Below, piece after piece: positions 45,623 to 56,409 of a DNA stretch of 64,000 nucleotides. The first letter of the stretch is position 1. Each line of letters starts with the position of its first letter. The translations under genes and the position numbers were made by a program. The DNA is from an uncultured cyanobacterium (lineage in GTDB: Bacteria; Cyanobacteriota; Cyanobacteriia; Cyanobacteriales; Cyanobacteriaceae). The notes beneath the pieces are model-generated. The model was not told the DNA's origin and did no database searches. It was given only the letters and a program-made list of their open reading frames with translations. The DNA lies in NCBI GenBank assembly GCA_963710605.1, contig CAVQBA010000005.1, forward strand, positions 64,001-128,000. Direction: 5' to 3'.

Positions 45623-46612
45623 ATGCAAGAATTACAAGTAACCATGTTAGGTCCTAGCGGGGTCGGTAAAACAACGCTTTTAACCGCAGTTTACGATCAA
45701 TTTGAAGAAAATATTGGAGCGACTGATTTAGAGTTTAAACCTGATGACGAAAGTTTGGGTATTATTGATGATAATTTGATTGCTTTAAAAAGTTTAACCG
45801 ACGTTTATGAAGCCAAAGGTAGAACAGGAATTGAAGGTACAGAAGCGATCGCAGGTCCTGAATCTTTACGCTCTTTTTTATTCGGTTTAGGCAAAAAAGC
45901 TCAAACACCATCAATGCAAATCCGTTTTCGTGATTATCCCGGTGGTTATCATGAATCAACCGCTTCTGGTAGTGAAAGAAAATTTGTCAAGGAGTTGTTA
46001 TCCGAATCGGCTGCTGTTTTAATAGCGATCGATGCACCTGCTTTAATGGAGCGTAATGGGAAATATCATAATCAAATTAATCGTCCTGATCAAATCAAAG
46101 ATCTTTTTCGTTTAGCGTATCAAGACTTAGACTCTCCTCGTTTAGTTATTTTCGCCCCGATTAAATGTGAAAAATATCTAAGGAATAAAAAGTCAACTCA
46201 AGAATTAATCGATCGAGTTAAAGAAGGATACGATCGACTTATTAATTATTTTAATGCCGAACAACTTAGCCCTCATATCGTTAGTGTTGTTACACCTGTG
46301 CAAACAGTCGGTAGTGTTGTCTTTTCTCGTTTAGAAGTTGATGAGGATAATAACCCTCGTTTTTTCTTTCGTAAAGTCAAACATGATGCAGAATATAACC
46401 CCCAAGACAGTGAACAACCGCTACGTTACTTATTGCGATTTTTACTCGCACTGCATCTTAAACAACGTAATACATGGGGAATATTTAACTTTTTAAGAGA
46501 TTGGTTAAAATTAGATGATCATCTTAAAGATGCCGTCGCTCAATTTGCTAGAGGTTGCAAAACTAACAATGGTTTTGAAGTCTTAAAAGGAGAAAGTTTA
46601 CTTAAAATTTAA
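45623..46612 (+). CDS. Small TRAFAC-type GTPase domain protein
   Basis: G1 GPSGVGKT, G3 DYPGG, G4-like IKCE; starts 3 bp after the upstream stop. Confidence 0.8.
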   Translation: MQELQVTMLGPSGVGKTTLLTAVYDQFEENIGATDLEFKPDDESLGIIDDNLIALKSLTDVYEAKGRTGIEGTEAIAGPESLRSFLFGLGKKAQTPSMQIRFRDYPGGYHESTASGSERKFVKELLSESAAVLIAIDAPALMERNGKYHNQINRPDQIKDLFRLAYQDLDSPRLVIFAPIKCEKYLRNKKSTQELIDRVKEGYDRLINYFNAEQLSPHIVSVVTPVQTVGSVVFSRLEVDEDNNPRFFFRKVKHDAEYNPQDSEQPLRYLLRFLLALHLKQRNTWGIFNFLRDWLKLDDHLKDAVAQFARGCKTNNGFEVLKGESLLKI

Positions 46613-46631
46613 CTTGAAATAGTATAAAAGC

Positions 46632-46787
46632 GATCCCCCTAAATCCCCCTTAAAAAAGGGGACTTGAAAATAAGAAATTTATTTTATAATGAACGCAAAT
46701 AGTATTCAAAAGCGATCGTTTACAATCAACTCTCTCCCTCTCCCTCTTCCTCTCTTTTCTCTGCGTACTCAGCGTACTCTGCGGTTT
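46632..46787. repeat. Cluster of small dispersed repeats inside the GTPase operon
   Basis: CGATCCCCCTAAATCCCCCTTAAAAAAGGGGACTT and CTCTGCGTACTCAGCGTACTCTGCGG. Confidence 0.7.
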
Positions 46788-46963
46788 AACATCACAAACA
46801 ATAAACATCATCAATCAGTTCATTTTATGTAGATAATAATTATAGCTGTTCGTAAAATTATAAATACATATTTTTAGGGTGACTTTAAGCTAAAGAGTTT
46901 ATAGCTTATAGCTAAAAACAAGATAATTAATACATAACTTCATATAAATATAAATTACCAATC

Positions 46964-48046
46964 ATGACAATATACATTCAAAGTCGAGGTAAACCACAAC
47001 CTAAAGACTATAAATGGCAAAAAGTAAGAGCGAATAATTTAATATTTGAAAGATCCACCTATACTAAAAAGAATAAAAGTAGGAGAATTAATCGAAAGTA
47101 AAAAATATTCTCTTGTTGTCGCCAGAAACGATCGTGAATTAGTTTTTTTGGTGACAGGTTTATCATAGCGACAGAATTGATTATCAAAATCGGCAGATTC
47201 GTAATACTTTGGCTTGGGTAGAAATGGATACACCTGAAAATGAACAAATTATTCGCTCTCTTGCGGTATTGGCTTTAACTAATCCTCAGTTATTAGAAGA
47301 TAAAGTCAATCAAAGCGTTATGGAAACTGATATAGTGGTAATCATGATTATCCTTTTGAAGTCGATCGAGAGCAAATATGAGCAATTACCTTATATTGTA
47401 GATGTCCAAAATAATGATAATGCCAATTTGAATAATTACTTTGGTAACAGTAGCTTAGAATTGCAAACTCAAATTGGTTTAGAGTTACAAGATAATTGTT
47501 TGCCTCATCGAGATGGTATCTTGGTTCTACTAACTACTTTAAAAACTGAATCTAGCTTACAAAATTATCAAGTATGGCGTGGTTTATCAACCAAAATTCC
47601 TAATCAAGAATTGAGATTAGTTAAAACTCAAGCATCACAAATCGAAAAAAAAAAGCCAATACTGGTCACTACTCCTCTTACAGTACGATCGTATTACTAA
47701 TTCTAATTTTCGGTTAAATCCTCAGCCAAATAGCGAGTCAGTAGAGAACAATAATAATCCTCTTGACTGGGAAAATGTCTTTGATGAGGTAACACAATTT
47801 TTTAATAAAGGATTGGATGTTAATAGCTTAGAGAAACAACAAAAAGAAGAGTTATATTGCTTAGTGGAATTGATGAGTAAATTAATTCGATTAAAACAAA
47901 AAGCAAGTAGAGGAAAACTAAATCAACAAGATTTACAAGTGCTAGAACAAACTCATCAGGTAGTCTTAAAATATCATCGTTCGATCGTCCAAATATTGCA
48001 AACTAATAACGATAACTCTAATTGCGATCGAGAATGGATTCCGTGA
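46964..48046 (+). pseudogene. Multiply frameshifted third gene of the GTPase operon (GTPase-associated, probably membrane-anchored)
   Basis: Pieces in shifting frames: MTIYIQSRGKPQPKDYKW / YSLVVARNDRELVFLVTGL / SDRIDYQNRQIRNTLAWVE / VWRGLS..EKK(A10) / YWSLLLL-STIVLLILIF / LNPQPNS...DREWIP*. Confidence 0.65.
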
Positions 48047-48228
48047 ATATAAACCGATCGATATCAATACCGTAGGGGTTGAACACTGTTCAACCCTTAT
48101 TGTTTAATGACAAATCCTTAAGGGTGGGAATAATACAAATTACAACAAAATTAATAATTTTTTGCAAGTATTAACGCGATCGCATTAGAATTGTAATAGG
48201 TATGATACCGAAAATAATTAAGGAAATA

Positions 48229-50160
48229 ATGACTAACAGTTCAACAGTAGAGAAAAAAACCTCAAAAGCAGAAAAAAGAAAAGAGGATAGTAATTTTTTA
48301 AGAGAGCCAGTCGCCACCGAATTAAAGCAAGATACAACCCATTTTACTGAAGATGGGCTTCAAATTCTTAAATTTCATGGCTCTTATCAACAAGATAATC
48401 GTGACAATCGTAAAAAAGGGCAAGAAAAAGATTATCAATTCATGTTACGTACTCGTAGCCCAGGTGGATTTATTCCCCCAGAATTATACCTAACCCTCGA
48501 TCGATTATCTGAAGAATATGGTAATCATACTTTAAGAGCAACCACCAGACAAGGTTATCAAATCCACGGTATTCTCAAAAAAGATCTCAAACCAGTGATC
48601 AGTAATATCGTTAAAAGTATGGGTTCTACCTTAGGTGCTTGTGGCGATCTCAACCGTAACGTCATGGCACCTCCCGCTCCTTTTAGAGACCGTCCTGAGT
48701 ATCGATATGCTTTAGAATACGCCGATAAAATAGCTGATCTTTTAACTCCTCAAACAGATGCTTATTATGAGATTTGGTTAGATGGAGAAAAAGCGATTAC
48801 AGCAGAAGAAGCACCTGAGGTTAAAGCCGCACGAGAAAAAAATGGTACAGGAACAGTTTTTCATGATAATCCTGAACCAATTTATGGTACTTACTATATG
48901 CCTCGTAAGTTCAAATGTGGGATAACTGTACCAGGAGATAATTCGATCGATGTTTATACTAACGATTTGAGCTTGGTTGTTATTACTAACTCTAAAGGTG
49001 AACTACAAGGCTTTAATGTTCTAGCAGGTGGTGGTTTAGGGCGTACTCATCGCAAAGAACAAACTTTTGCTCGTACAGCTGATGAAGTCGGTTTTGTTGC
49101 TAAAGACGATATTTACGATTTAGTTAAAGCTGTCATTGCTACTCAAAGAGATTATGGCGATCGTGTCGATCGTCGTCATGCTCGTTTAAAATATTTAATG
49201 AACGATTGGGGTGTAGAAAAATTCCGTACCAAAGTTGAAGAATATTTAGGCAAAAAACTCAAACCTTATAAAAAACTTCGTAAATGGAAATATGAAGACT
49301 ATTTAGGTTGGTACGAACAAGGAGATGGTAAACTCTTTTTTGGTGTATCTGTCGAAAATGGACGCATCAAAAATGAAGGCAAATTCCAACTTAAACAAGC
49401 CTTAAAAGATGTCATCGAAAAATATAACTTACCAACTCGTTTGACACCTAATCATAATATTGTTCTTTACGAAATTGAGCCTCAATGGCAAGAAGATATT
49501 AATAATATCTTTTTAAATCATGGTATTATTATTGATCCTAAAGATATCAATCATTTAACTCGTTATACCATGGCGTGTCCTGCTCTACCTACTTGTGGTT
49601 TAGCAACAACCGAATCAGAAAGAATTATCCCTAATGTTACCGAAAGAATCGATATTTTATTAGCTAAACTAGGTATCGCTAAAGAAACCTTCGTAATCCG
49701 TATGACAGGATGTCCTAATGGATGTGCTAGACCATATATGGCAGAATTAGGTTTTGTCGGTGATTCCCCTAATGTGTACCAAATGTGGCTTGGTGGATGT
49801 CCAAATCAAAGCCGTTTGGCTAGAACTTATGTTGATAAACTTCATCTTGATGATTTAGAAACCTTTTTAGAGCCTTTACTTGTCTTTTTCCGTAATGATA
49901 AAAAAAGAGGTGAAAGTTTCGGTGATTTTTGTAATCGGGTTGATTTTCCTGCTCTTAAAGAATACCAAGAAAAATACGATCCTTCTATGGCTCAATTGTC
50001 TCAAGGTAGAAAATCTCAGCAAAAAAGAAACGAACATCGTATTAGCGTCAATGAACAATGGTATCAAAAATTAAAAACTATTGCCGGGGAAGAAAATAAA
50101 GCAATGAGTCAAATCGTTTCTGATGCTCTAGATGCTTATTTTTCATCAACCACAGATTAA
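48229..50160 (+). CDS. sir: Ferredoxin-sulfite reductase
   Basis: [28 protein letters not shown], siroheme/FeS motifs [11 protein letters not shown] and [12 protein letters not shown] before ATG 48229. Confidence 0.95.
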   Translation: MTNSSTVEKKTSKAEKRKEDSNFLREPVATELKQDTTHFTEDGLQILKFHGSYQQDNRDNRKKGQEKDYQFMLRTRSPGGFIPPELYLTLDRLSEEYGNHTLRATTRQGYQIHGILKKDLKPVISNIVKSMGSTLGACGDLNRNVMAPPAPFRDRPEYRYALEYADKIADLLTPQTDAYYEIWLDGEKAITAEEAPEVKAAREKNGTGTVFHDNPEPIYGTYYMPRKFKCGITVPGDNSIDVYTNDLSLVVITNSKGELQGFNVLAGGGLGRTHRKEQTFARTADEVGFVAKDDIYDLVKAVIATQRDYGDRVDRRHARLKYLMNDWGVEKFRTKVEEYLGKKLKPYKKLRKWKYEDYLGWYEQGDGKLFFGVSVENGRIKNEGKFQLKQALKDVIEKYNLPTRLTPNHNIVLYEIEPQWQEDINNIFLNHGIIIDPKDINHLTRYTMACPALPTCGLATTESERIIPNVTERIDILLAKLGIAKETFVIRMTGCPNGCARPYMAELGFVGDSPNVYQMWLGGCPNQSRLARTYVDKLHLDDLETFLEPLLVFFRNDKKRGESFGDFCNRVDFPALKEYQEKYDPSMAQLSQGRKSQQKRNEHRISVNEQWYQKLKTIAGEENKAMSQIVSDALDAYFSSTTD

Positions 50161-50204
50161 TAATCGATCGTTAATTTTTAATTGAAGAATTATATTTCAC
50201 TTTT

Positions 50205-50232
50205 AAAGCCCTATAATTTGGGGCTTTTTTTT
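50205..50232 (+). terminator. Probable intrinsic terminator after sir
   Basis: AAAGCCC-TATAATTTG-GGGCTTT followed by a T-run. Confidence 0.6.
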
Positions 50233-50906
50233 GGACGATCGAGCGGAAGGCTTGGCACTGTGCGATCGAGTTTTTAAGCTTTAATATTACTCTATTTGAA
50301 CAACTAAAATATTCAATAAATATTATTTTTATCCGTTTTTTTAAGTTACTCAAAAAATATCTTTACTCAAACTCAAATTGATTATAACCATACTTATATT
50401 TAGCTAAAGGATATTTTAATTAATCAACGGGTAAATTTAGTTTAAATGATTGATACATTCAATAATTATTTTACTTTTTCCCTTTGCCCTTAGCACGAGT
50501 GCCCCTTGTGCTATATCTAAATCAGCTAATTATTGAAGTAATTAATTAACTCATCAATAGAATTTAAAACCGATCGCTATGTTTGTAAGTGAAAATATTA
50601 TTAATTCTGCCTAAGCTCTTTAAATATATAAAAGAAAAAACACTACAAATATTATTGATTTATCGATTCTTAACTAGTACATAGTTTCGTCAGTTGAGTA
50701 AATTTAATTCGAGCTATTAGATCGACAATTATACCAACATAAAATTATTGAGTTTCTCAATTTAACAATTGTTTTAATGATTTTAAACTGTAAAAAATAA
50801 TACAAATCACTAATTAATATTAGTTAAAATTTATGATAACTTTTAAACAATGCAAGAAATTTGCTAAAGTGAATAAAATTGTTGTAATTTTAAGACAAGA
50901 TAAACT

Positions 50907-53900
50907 GTGATTAACCGAGATTCTATACCATTATTTATCTTTCATACGCAAAAGGCAATTTCTTCATTTATAAATAATGAAATTTTTACGGCTAACTTAC
51001 ATCTAAATCAAGCTAAAGAATATATCGATCGTGTCAATATCGATCAAATACGTGAATCGTACTTTTGTTTTTATGATTCTTTAGTAGCTATCGCCATGAT
51101 AGATAACAATGAGACTGATTGGTTATCGCAACAAGAAAAAGTCGAAGCAAATCAAAATCAGTTACTACAATTTAACCAAGACTTTGACCATAATTATTTA
51201 TCTCAGTGGCAATTAGTAGAAGCCGAAAAATATCGAATTATCGATCAAAAATTAGAAGCGATCGAATTATACGACAATGCTATCGCTACAGCAAAAGAAA
51301 AAGAAGATTTTTTAATCGAAGCCTTAGCTAACGAGTTAGCCGCCAAATTTTATCTAGCTTGGGGAAAAACAAAAATAGCTAAAGTATATTTAAAAGAGGC
51401 TTATGATTACTACCATAGTCAAGGTTTAATCGCTAAAATTGTTTATTTAGCTCAATATTATTCCGAATTACTCAACCCCAGCATTAATCATTTTTTGGAT
51501 TCAGAAGATGGTTGTTATATACCTACTGATATTAGCCCTGTTGGTATTTATCATTGTGATGCTCAAGGGCAATGTATTTATGCTAATTCCAAAACTAGAG
51601 AATTAAAAGGCTTAACTCTAAAAGAAATCTTAAATGATGGTTGGACAAAAAGATTACATCCAGACGATCGTTTACCTGTGTATAATAGTTGGCTTTCTTT
51701 TGTCAAGCAATCTAAACTAAACTTAAACTTAGAATTTAAACAGGAAATGCGTTTTATTCATCCTGAAAAAGGTCTAGTTTGGATTTACTCACAAGCAATG
51801 GCTCAACGGAATGAAAAAGGAGAAGTAACGGGTTTTATCGGTATTTCTGTTGATATAACTGACGTTAAAGAATTAGAAATTGTTCAACAAACTTCGGCGA
51901 ACAAACTCGAAGATATTCTTGACAATAGTGCGGCAGTTATTTCTTGTTTCCATCTATATCCTGATTTGAGTTGGCAATATCAATATTATTCTGAGGGTAG
52001 CAAAAGTATCTTCGGTTACAGTCATTCAGAATTGTTAGCCGACCAAAAGTTATGGCTTTCTCGAATTATACCTGAAGACATAGAAAATACTATTTTTCCG
52101 AGTCTCAAATCGACTCAAGAGAAAAGAATCAGTACAGGAAATCTTGTTTTTCGTTTTCGACATAAAGATAATTCGATTCGTTGGATTAGTGAAAGTTTTA
52201 CTGCCAGACAGCATTTAGAGCAAGACTGTTTAATTGTCACGACTATTAGTATTGATATTACGGCTAAAAAACAAGCCGAAGAAGCCCTCAAGCATTCAGA
52301 AGCAAAATTACGATCGATTTTAGAAAATGCCCCTAATTATATTATCCAAGTCGATCGACAACACAATATTTTATTTATTAATCGTTTAGGAGAAGGATAT
52401 ACTTTAGAAAGCGTAATTGGTCATAGTGTGGAAGAATTTACTCTTCCTCAAAGTCACGAAATTCAAGCAGAAGCGATCGCTCAAGTATTTGATACAGGTA
52501 AAACACAAACAGTAGAAATTGAGGCACTTGGAGACAACCAAGTCAAGGCTGTTTACGAAACAAAATTTGTACCTGTGATCAAAAATCAACAGGTAGAATC
52601 AGTAATTATAATGGCAACGGATATTACTGCCAGAAAACAAGCACAAGCAACGATCGAAAATTTGGTTATCGATACATCCTCAGTCACAGGAGAAAACTTT
52701 TTTCCTGTCTTAGCTCAACAAATTGCTCAAACATTACAGATATCTGATGTTTTAGTCTCCCGTAAAAATAACCAACAACTAGAAACTCTAAGTTGGTATA
52801 GCAATGGTGAGATAAAAGACAATTGTGTTTATCCCATTTGTCATAGCCCCTGCGAAACAACCATCGAACAATCAAGCCATTACTGTATCCAAAATGTACA
52901 GCAACAGTATCCTCAAGATCGAGAATTAAAGGATATGAATGCCGAAAGTTATATGGGAGTAGCATTAAAAAACAAAACAGGAGAGGTAATTGGGGTATTA
53001 TGTATTTTCGATCGACAACCTTTACCAAAAAATTATCTATTTATTCAAAATATCTTAAAAATTTTTGGTACTCGTGCCGCCGCAGAATTAGAAAGACTAG
53101 AAGTAGAAGAGGCTTTACGTAATCTCAATCAGGAATTAGAAGAAAGAATCAATCGACGTACTTTAGCATTAGCTAGCTCACAAAAAGATTTGAGAACTAT
53201 TTTTAACAGTGTTGATGAAGCAATTTTTATTCATGATTGGCAAGGGAATATTTTAGATGTTAACGCACGAGGATTAGAATTATTTACGACGACTAAAAAA
53301 CAAATTTCTCAAATGACATTTGTTCAATTATTACAACCGCCCTTCACAGAAAAACAACTATCCGATAATTATCAAAAATTAAAACAAGGAGAAAACCTAA
53401 ATTTAGAGTGGCAAGCAAAACGTCCTTATGATAACTTTATTTTTGAGGTAGAGGTATCTTTAAAAAAAATTACCATTAACAATATTGACATAGTTTTAGC
53501 AGTAGTAAGAGATATAACCAAGCAAAAACAAGCAAAAGTGCAATTACAAGAATCTCGTAATATGTTGAAGTTGGTGTTAGACACTATTCCTCAAAGAGTT
53601 TTTTGGAAAGATCTTAATTTAAAATATTTAGGTTGTAATTCTACCTTTGCTCAAGATACTAATTTAACCTGTGAAGAAATTATTGGGAAAAGTGATTTTG
53701 ATTGTATTTGGAAAAATTGGGCTCAAAGATATGAAGATGATGATGCAATAGTAATAAATAGTCTTATTCCCAAATTAAATTATGAAGAACCAACATTTAT
53801 TAATAATGATCAAAAAAGATGGGTACGAACTAGTAAAATACCTTTAACTAATAGCCAAAATGAAGTTATTGGTGTTTTAGGTTGTTACGAAGATATTACC

Positions 53901-56228
53901 GAACAAAAACAAATAGAAGAAAAATTAAAAGAAAACCAAAGGCGTTTACGATTTGCCTTAGAAGGTTCAGAAAACGGCGTTTGGGATTGGAATATTGAGC
54001 AAAAAACAGTGTTTTATTCCCCTCAATGGAAAAAGATGCTCGGCTACGAAGTAGATGAAATAGAACATACTTTCGAGCAATGGGAAAGTTTACTTCATCC
54101 TGAAGATAAAGATTCATGTTCTCGGTTAATTAATCAACATCTTGATGGTATTACCTCAATCTACATTAACGAACACCGTTTACGCTGTAAAGACGGAAGT
54201 TATAAATGGATAATGGCAAGGGGAAAGATACTTGAATGGACAGATGATGGTAAACCCTTAAGAACATTTGGTACTCATACCGATATTAGCGATCGTAAAT
54301 TAGCTGAAGAAAAACTAATAGAAGCTCAACGATTTTCTCAAAGAATAACTGAAAATACACCGAACATTATTTATATTTATGATTTAGTTGAAAATCGTAA
54401 TATATATTGTAATCGTGAACTATTTCAAATCCTTGGTTATAGTCCTGAAGAAGTTCAAAACATGGGTTCGCAACTATTTGAGTTTTTAATTCATCCTGAT
54501 GATTTACAAAGACTAATTCAGTATCAACAACAAATTTTAAAGCTTAAAAATCATGAAGTTTGCGAAATAGAATATCGTATTCGTCATGCCGATGGTAGTT
54601 GGCGTTATTTACTTGATCATGTTAGTGTTTTTAGACGAGACCAAAATGGTTTAGTTATTCAGTATATCGGTTCTAGTCAAGATATTACCGAACGTAAACA
54701 AACAGAATTATTACTCAAACAAGTCAATCTTGAATTAGAAGCAAGAGTCAAACAACGTACGATCGAATTAGAAAAAGCCAAAGAAAAAGCCGAGTCAGCT
54801 AATCAAGCTAAAACTAGTTTTTTAGCAAACATGAGTCATGAGTTACGTACTCCCTTAAATGGAATTATGGGTTATGCCCAAATTTTACAAACATCTAACT
54901 ACATACTAGTAGAAGATAAAAAAAATATACAGCTTATTTATCAATGTGGTTCTCATTTGTTAAACCTAATTGAAGATATTTTAGATATTTCAGCGATCGA
55001 AGTTGGTAAAATGCAACTATATCCTCAAGAGTTTTTTCTGCCTAGTTTATTAAAAGAAGTCGTCGTAGTTTGCCAACTCAAAGCCCAAAACAAAAATTTG
55101 GAATTAATTTATACACCTAACCCTTTAATTCCCAAAATTATTATTCAAGATCAAAGACGTTTAAAACAAGTTTTACTTAATTTACTTAGTAATGCCATCA
55201 AATTTACTCGTCAGGGAAAAATTACTTTAAAAATTGATTTCAAGCCTGATTTATTACTAAACAAAAAGCTTAATCAAGAAATTAGTTTAACGGCAAATAG
55301 TGGTATGCTCTATTTTGAAGTAAAAGATACAGGTATCGGACTTTCTACTGAGCAATTAAAAACTATTTTTCTGCCCTTTGAGCAAGTTGGTTCAGTCGAA
55401 CAAAAATCTCATGGTACAGGATTAGGTTTATCTATTTGCCAAAATATTCTCAAGTTGATGAATAGTGAATTAAAAGTTGAAAGTAGTTTAGGTAAAGGTA
55501 GTACTTTTTCTTTTACTTTACCCGTTGCTACATCTAATCAACAATCACAAAACATATACTCAATTTTACCTAGTAATATTATCGGTTACGAAGGTCAAAA
55601 AAAGAAAATTTTGATCGTGGACGATCGTATCAACAACAGAAAAATACTCGAACAGATATTACAACCGATCGGGTTTATTGTCAAAGAAGCTAGTGATGGT
55701 ATTGAAGGTTTAGAGAAGGTAGTTTATTTTGAACCAGATTTAATTATTCTTGATTTGGTTATGCCGAATATGGACGGTTGGAAAATGCTTGAACATTTAC
55801 GCCAAATGCCTCAAGGAAAAGATACACAAGTAATCATTTATACAGCCAATGTAGCTAATAAGCAAGAACTTGAACGATCTACTTTACTTGATTGTTGTGC
55901 TTTTATTTCTAAACCTGTTAATATTGCTACGTTACTAAATCAAGTTAGTCAAGCCCTTAATCTATCTTGGATTTATGATACTTCCTCAGCGATCGAAGAA
56001 AATGATTTGAGTGAAAATACAATTATTGATTTTCCACCCCAAGATATTTTAGTCAAATTGTACGATATAAGTAAACAAGGTCGTTTGAGTTCACTAATAA
56101 AAGAAGTTAAAAAACTGACAAAATCAGATATCAAATACCAAGCGTTTGCAAATCATCTTCAATATTTAGCTGAAGAGATGGAATTCAAAGAAATTGAACA
56201 GTTTTTATCTAGACAGATTACACAGTAG
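50907..56228 (+). CDS. Large multi-PAS/GAF hybrid histidine kinase
   Basis: Repeated PAS/PAC units (HPDD...DIT), GAF (ESYMGV...GVLCIFD), H-box MSHELRTPLNG, G2 GTGLGL, receiver LDLVMP. Confidence 0.93.
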   Translation: MINRDSIPLFIFHTQKAISSFINNEIFTANLHLNQAKEYIDRVNIDQIRESYFCFYDSLVAIAMIDNNETDWLSQQEKVEANQNQLLQFNQDFDHNYLSQWQLVEAEKYRIIDQKLEAIELYDNAIATAKEKEDFLIEALANELAAKFYLAWGKTKIAKVYLKEAYDYYHSQGLIAKIVYLAQYYSELLNPSINHFLDSEDGCYIPTDISPVGIYHCDAQGQCIYANSKTRELKGLTLKEILNDGWTKRLHPDDRLPVYNSWLSFVKQSKLNLNLEFKQEMRFIHPEKGLVWIYSQAMAQRNEKGEVTGFIGISVDITDVKELEIVQQTSANKLEDILDNSAAVISCFHLYPDLSWQYQYYSEGSKSIFGYSHSELLADQKLWLSRIIPEDIENTIFPSLKSTQEKRISTGNLVFRFRHKDNSIRWISESFTARQHLEQDCLIVTTISIDITAKKQAEEALKHSEAKLRSILENAPNYIIQVDRQHNILFINRLGEGYTLESVIGHSVEEFTLPQSHEIQAEAIAQVFDTGKTQTVEIEALGDNQVKAVYETKFVPVIKNQQVESVIIMATDITARKQAQATIENLVIDTSSVTGENFFPVLAQQIAQTLQISDVLVSRKNNQQLETLSWYSNGEIKDNCVYPICHSPCETTIEQSSHYCIQNVQQQYPQDRELKDMNAESYMGVALKNKTGEVIGVLCIFDRQPLPKNYLFIQNILKIFGTRAAAELERLEVEEALRNLNQELEERINRRTLALASSQKDLRTIFNSVDEAIFIHDWQGNILDVNARGLELFTTTKKQISQMTFVQLLQPPFTEKQLSDNYQKLKQGENLNLEWQAKRPYDNFIFEVEVSLKKITINNIDIVLAVVRDITKQKQAKVQLQESRNMLKLVLDTIPQRVFWKDLNLKYLGCNSTFAQDTNLTCEEIIGKSDFDCIWKNWAQRYEDDDAIVINSLIPKLNYEEPTFINNDQKRWVRTSKIPLTNSQNEVIGVLGCYEDITEQKQIEEKLKENQRRLRFALEGSENGVWDWNIEQKTVFYSPQWKKMLGYEVDEIEHTFEQWESLLHPEDKDSCSRLINQHLDGITSIYINEHRLRCKDGSYKWIMARGKILEWTDDGKPLRTFGTHTDISDRKLAEEKLIEAQRFSQRITENTPNIIYIYDLVENRNIYCNRELFQILGYSPEEVQNMGSQLFEFLIHPDDLQRLIQYQQQILKLKNHEVCEIEYRIRHADGSWRYLLDHVSVFRRDQNGLVIQYIGSSQDITERKQTELLLKQVNLELEARVKQRTIELEKAKEKAESANQAKTSFLANMSHELRTPLNGIMGYAQILQTSNYILVEDKKNIQLIYQCGSHLLNLIEDILDISAIEVGKMQLYPQEFFLPSLLKEVVVVCQLKAQNKNLELIYTPNPLIPKIIIQDQRRLKQVLLNLLSNAIKFTRQGKITLKIDFKPDLLLNKKLNQEISLTANSGMLYFEVKDTGIGLSTEQLKTIFLPFEQVGSVEQKSHGTGLGLSICQNILKLMNSELKVESSLGKGSTFSFTLPVATSNQQSQNIYSILPSNIIGYEGQKKKILIVDDRINNRKILEQILQPIGFIVKEASDGIEGLEKVVYFEPDLIILDLVMPNMDGWKMLEHLRQMPQGKDTQVIIYTANVANKQELERSTLLDCCAFISKPVNIATLLNQVSQALNLSWIYDTSSAIEENDLSENTIIDFPPQDILVKLYDISKQGRLSSLIKEVKKLTKSDIKYQAFANHLQYLAEEMEFKEIEQFLSRQITQ

Positions 56229-56409
56229 AAGCAGTAAGGAGTGTTTATTCTTAACTATCAATTTTTCACTCTTAACTCAAAAACACCTAAAACCTAAAAC
56301 CTAATTTCATTGTCAATTACGGTTAATAGATGTATGATCAAAGCAGAAAGATCATTAATAAAATCTTAATTTTTTTCCCTCAATATTACCAACATTCCCA
56401 TCATATTTC

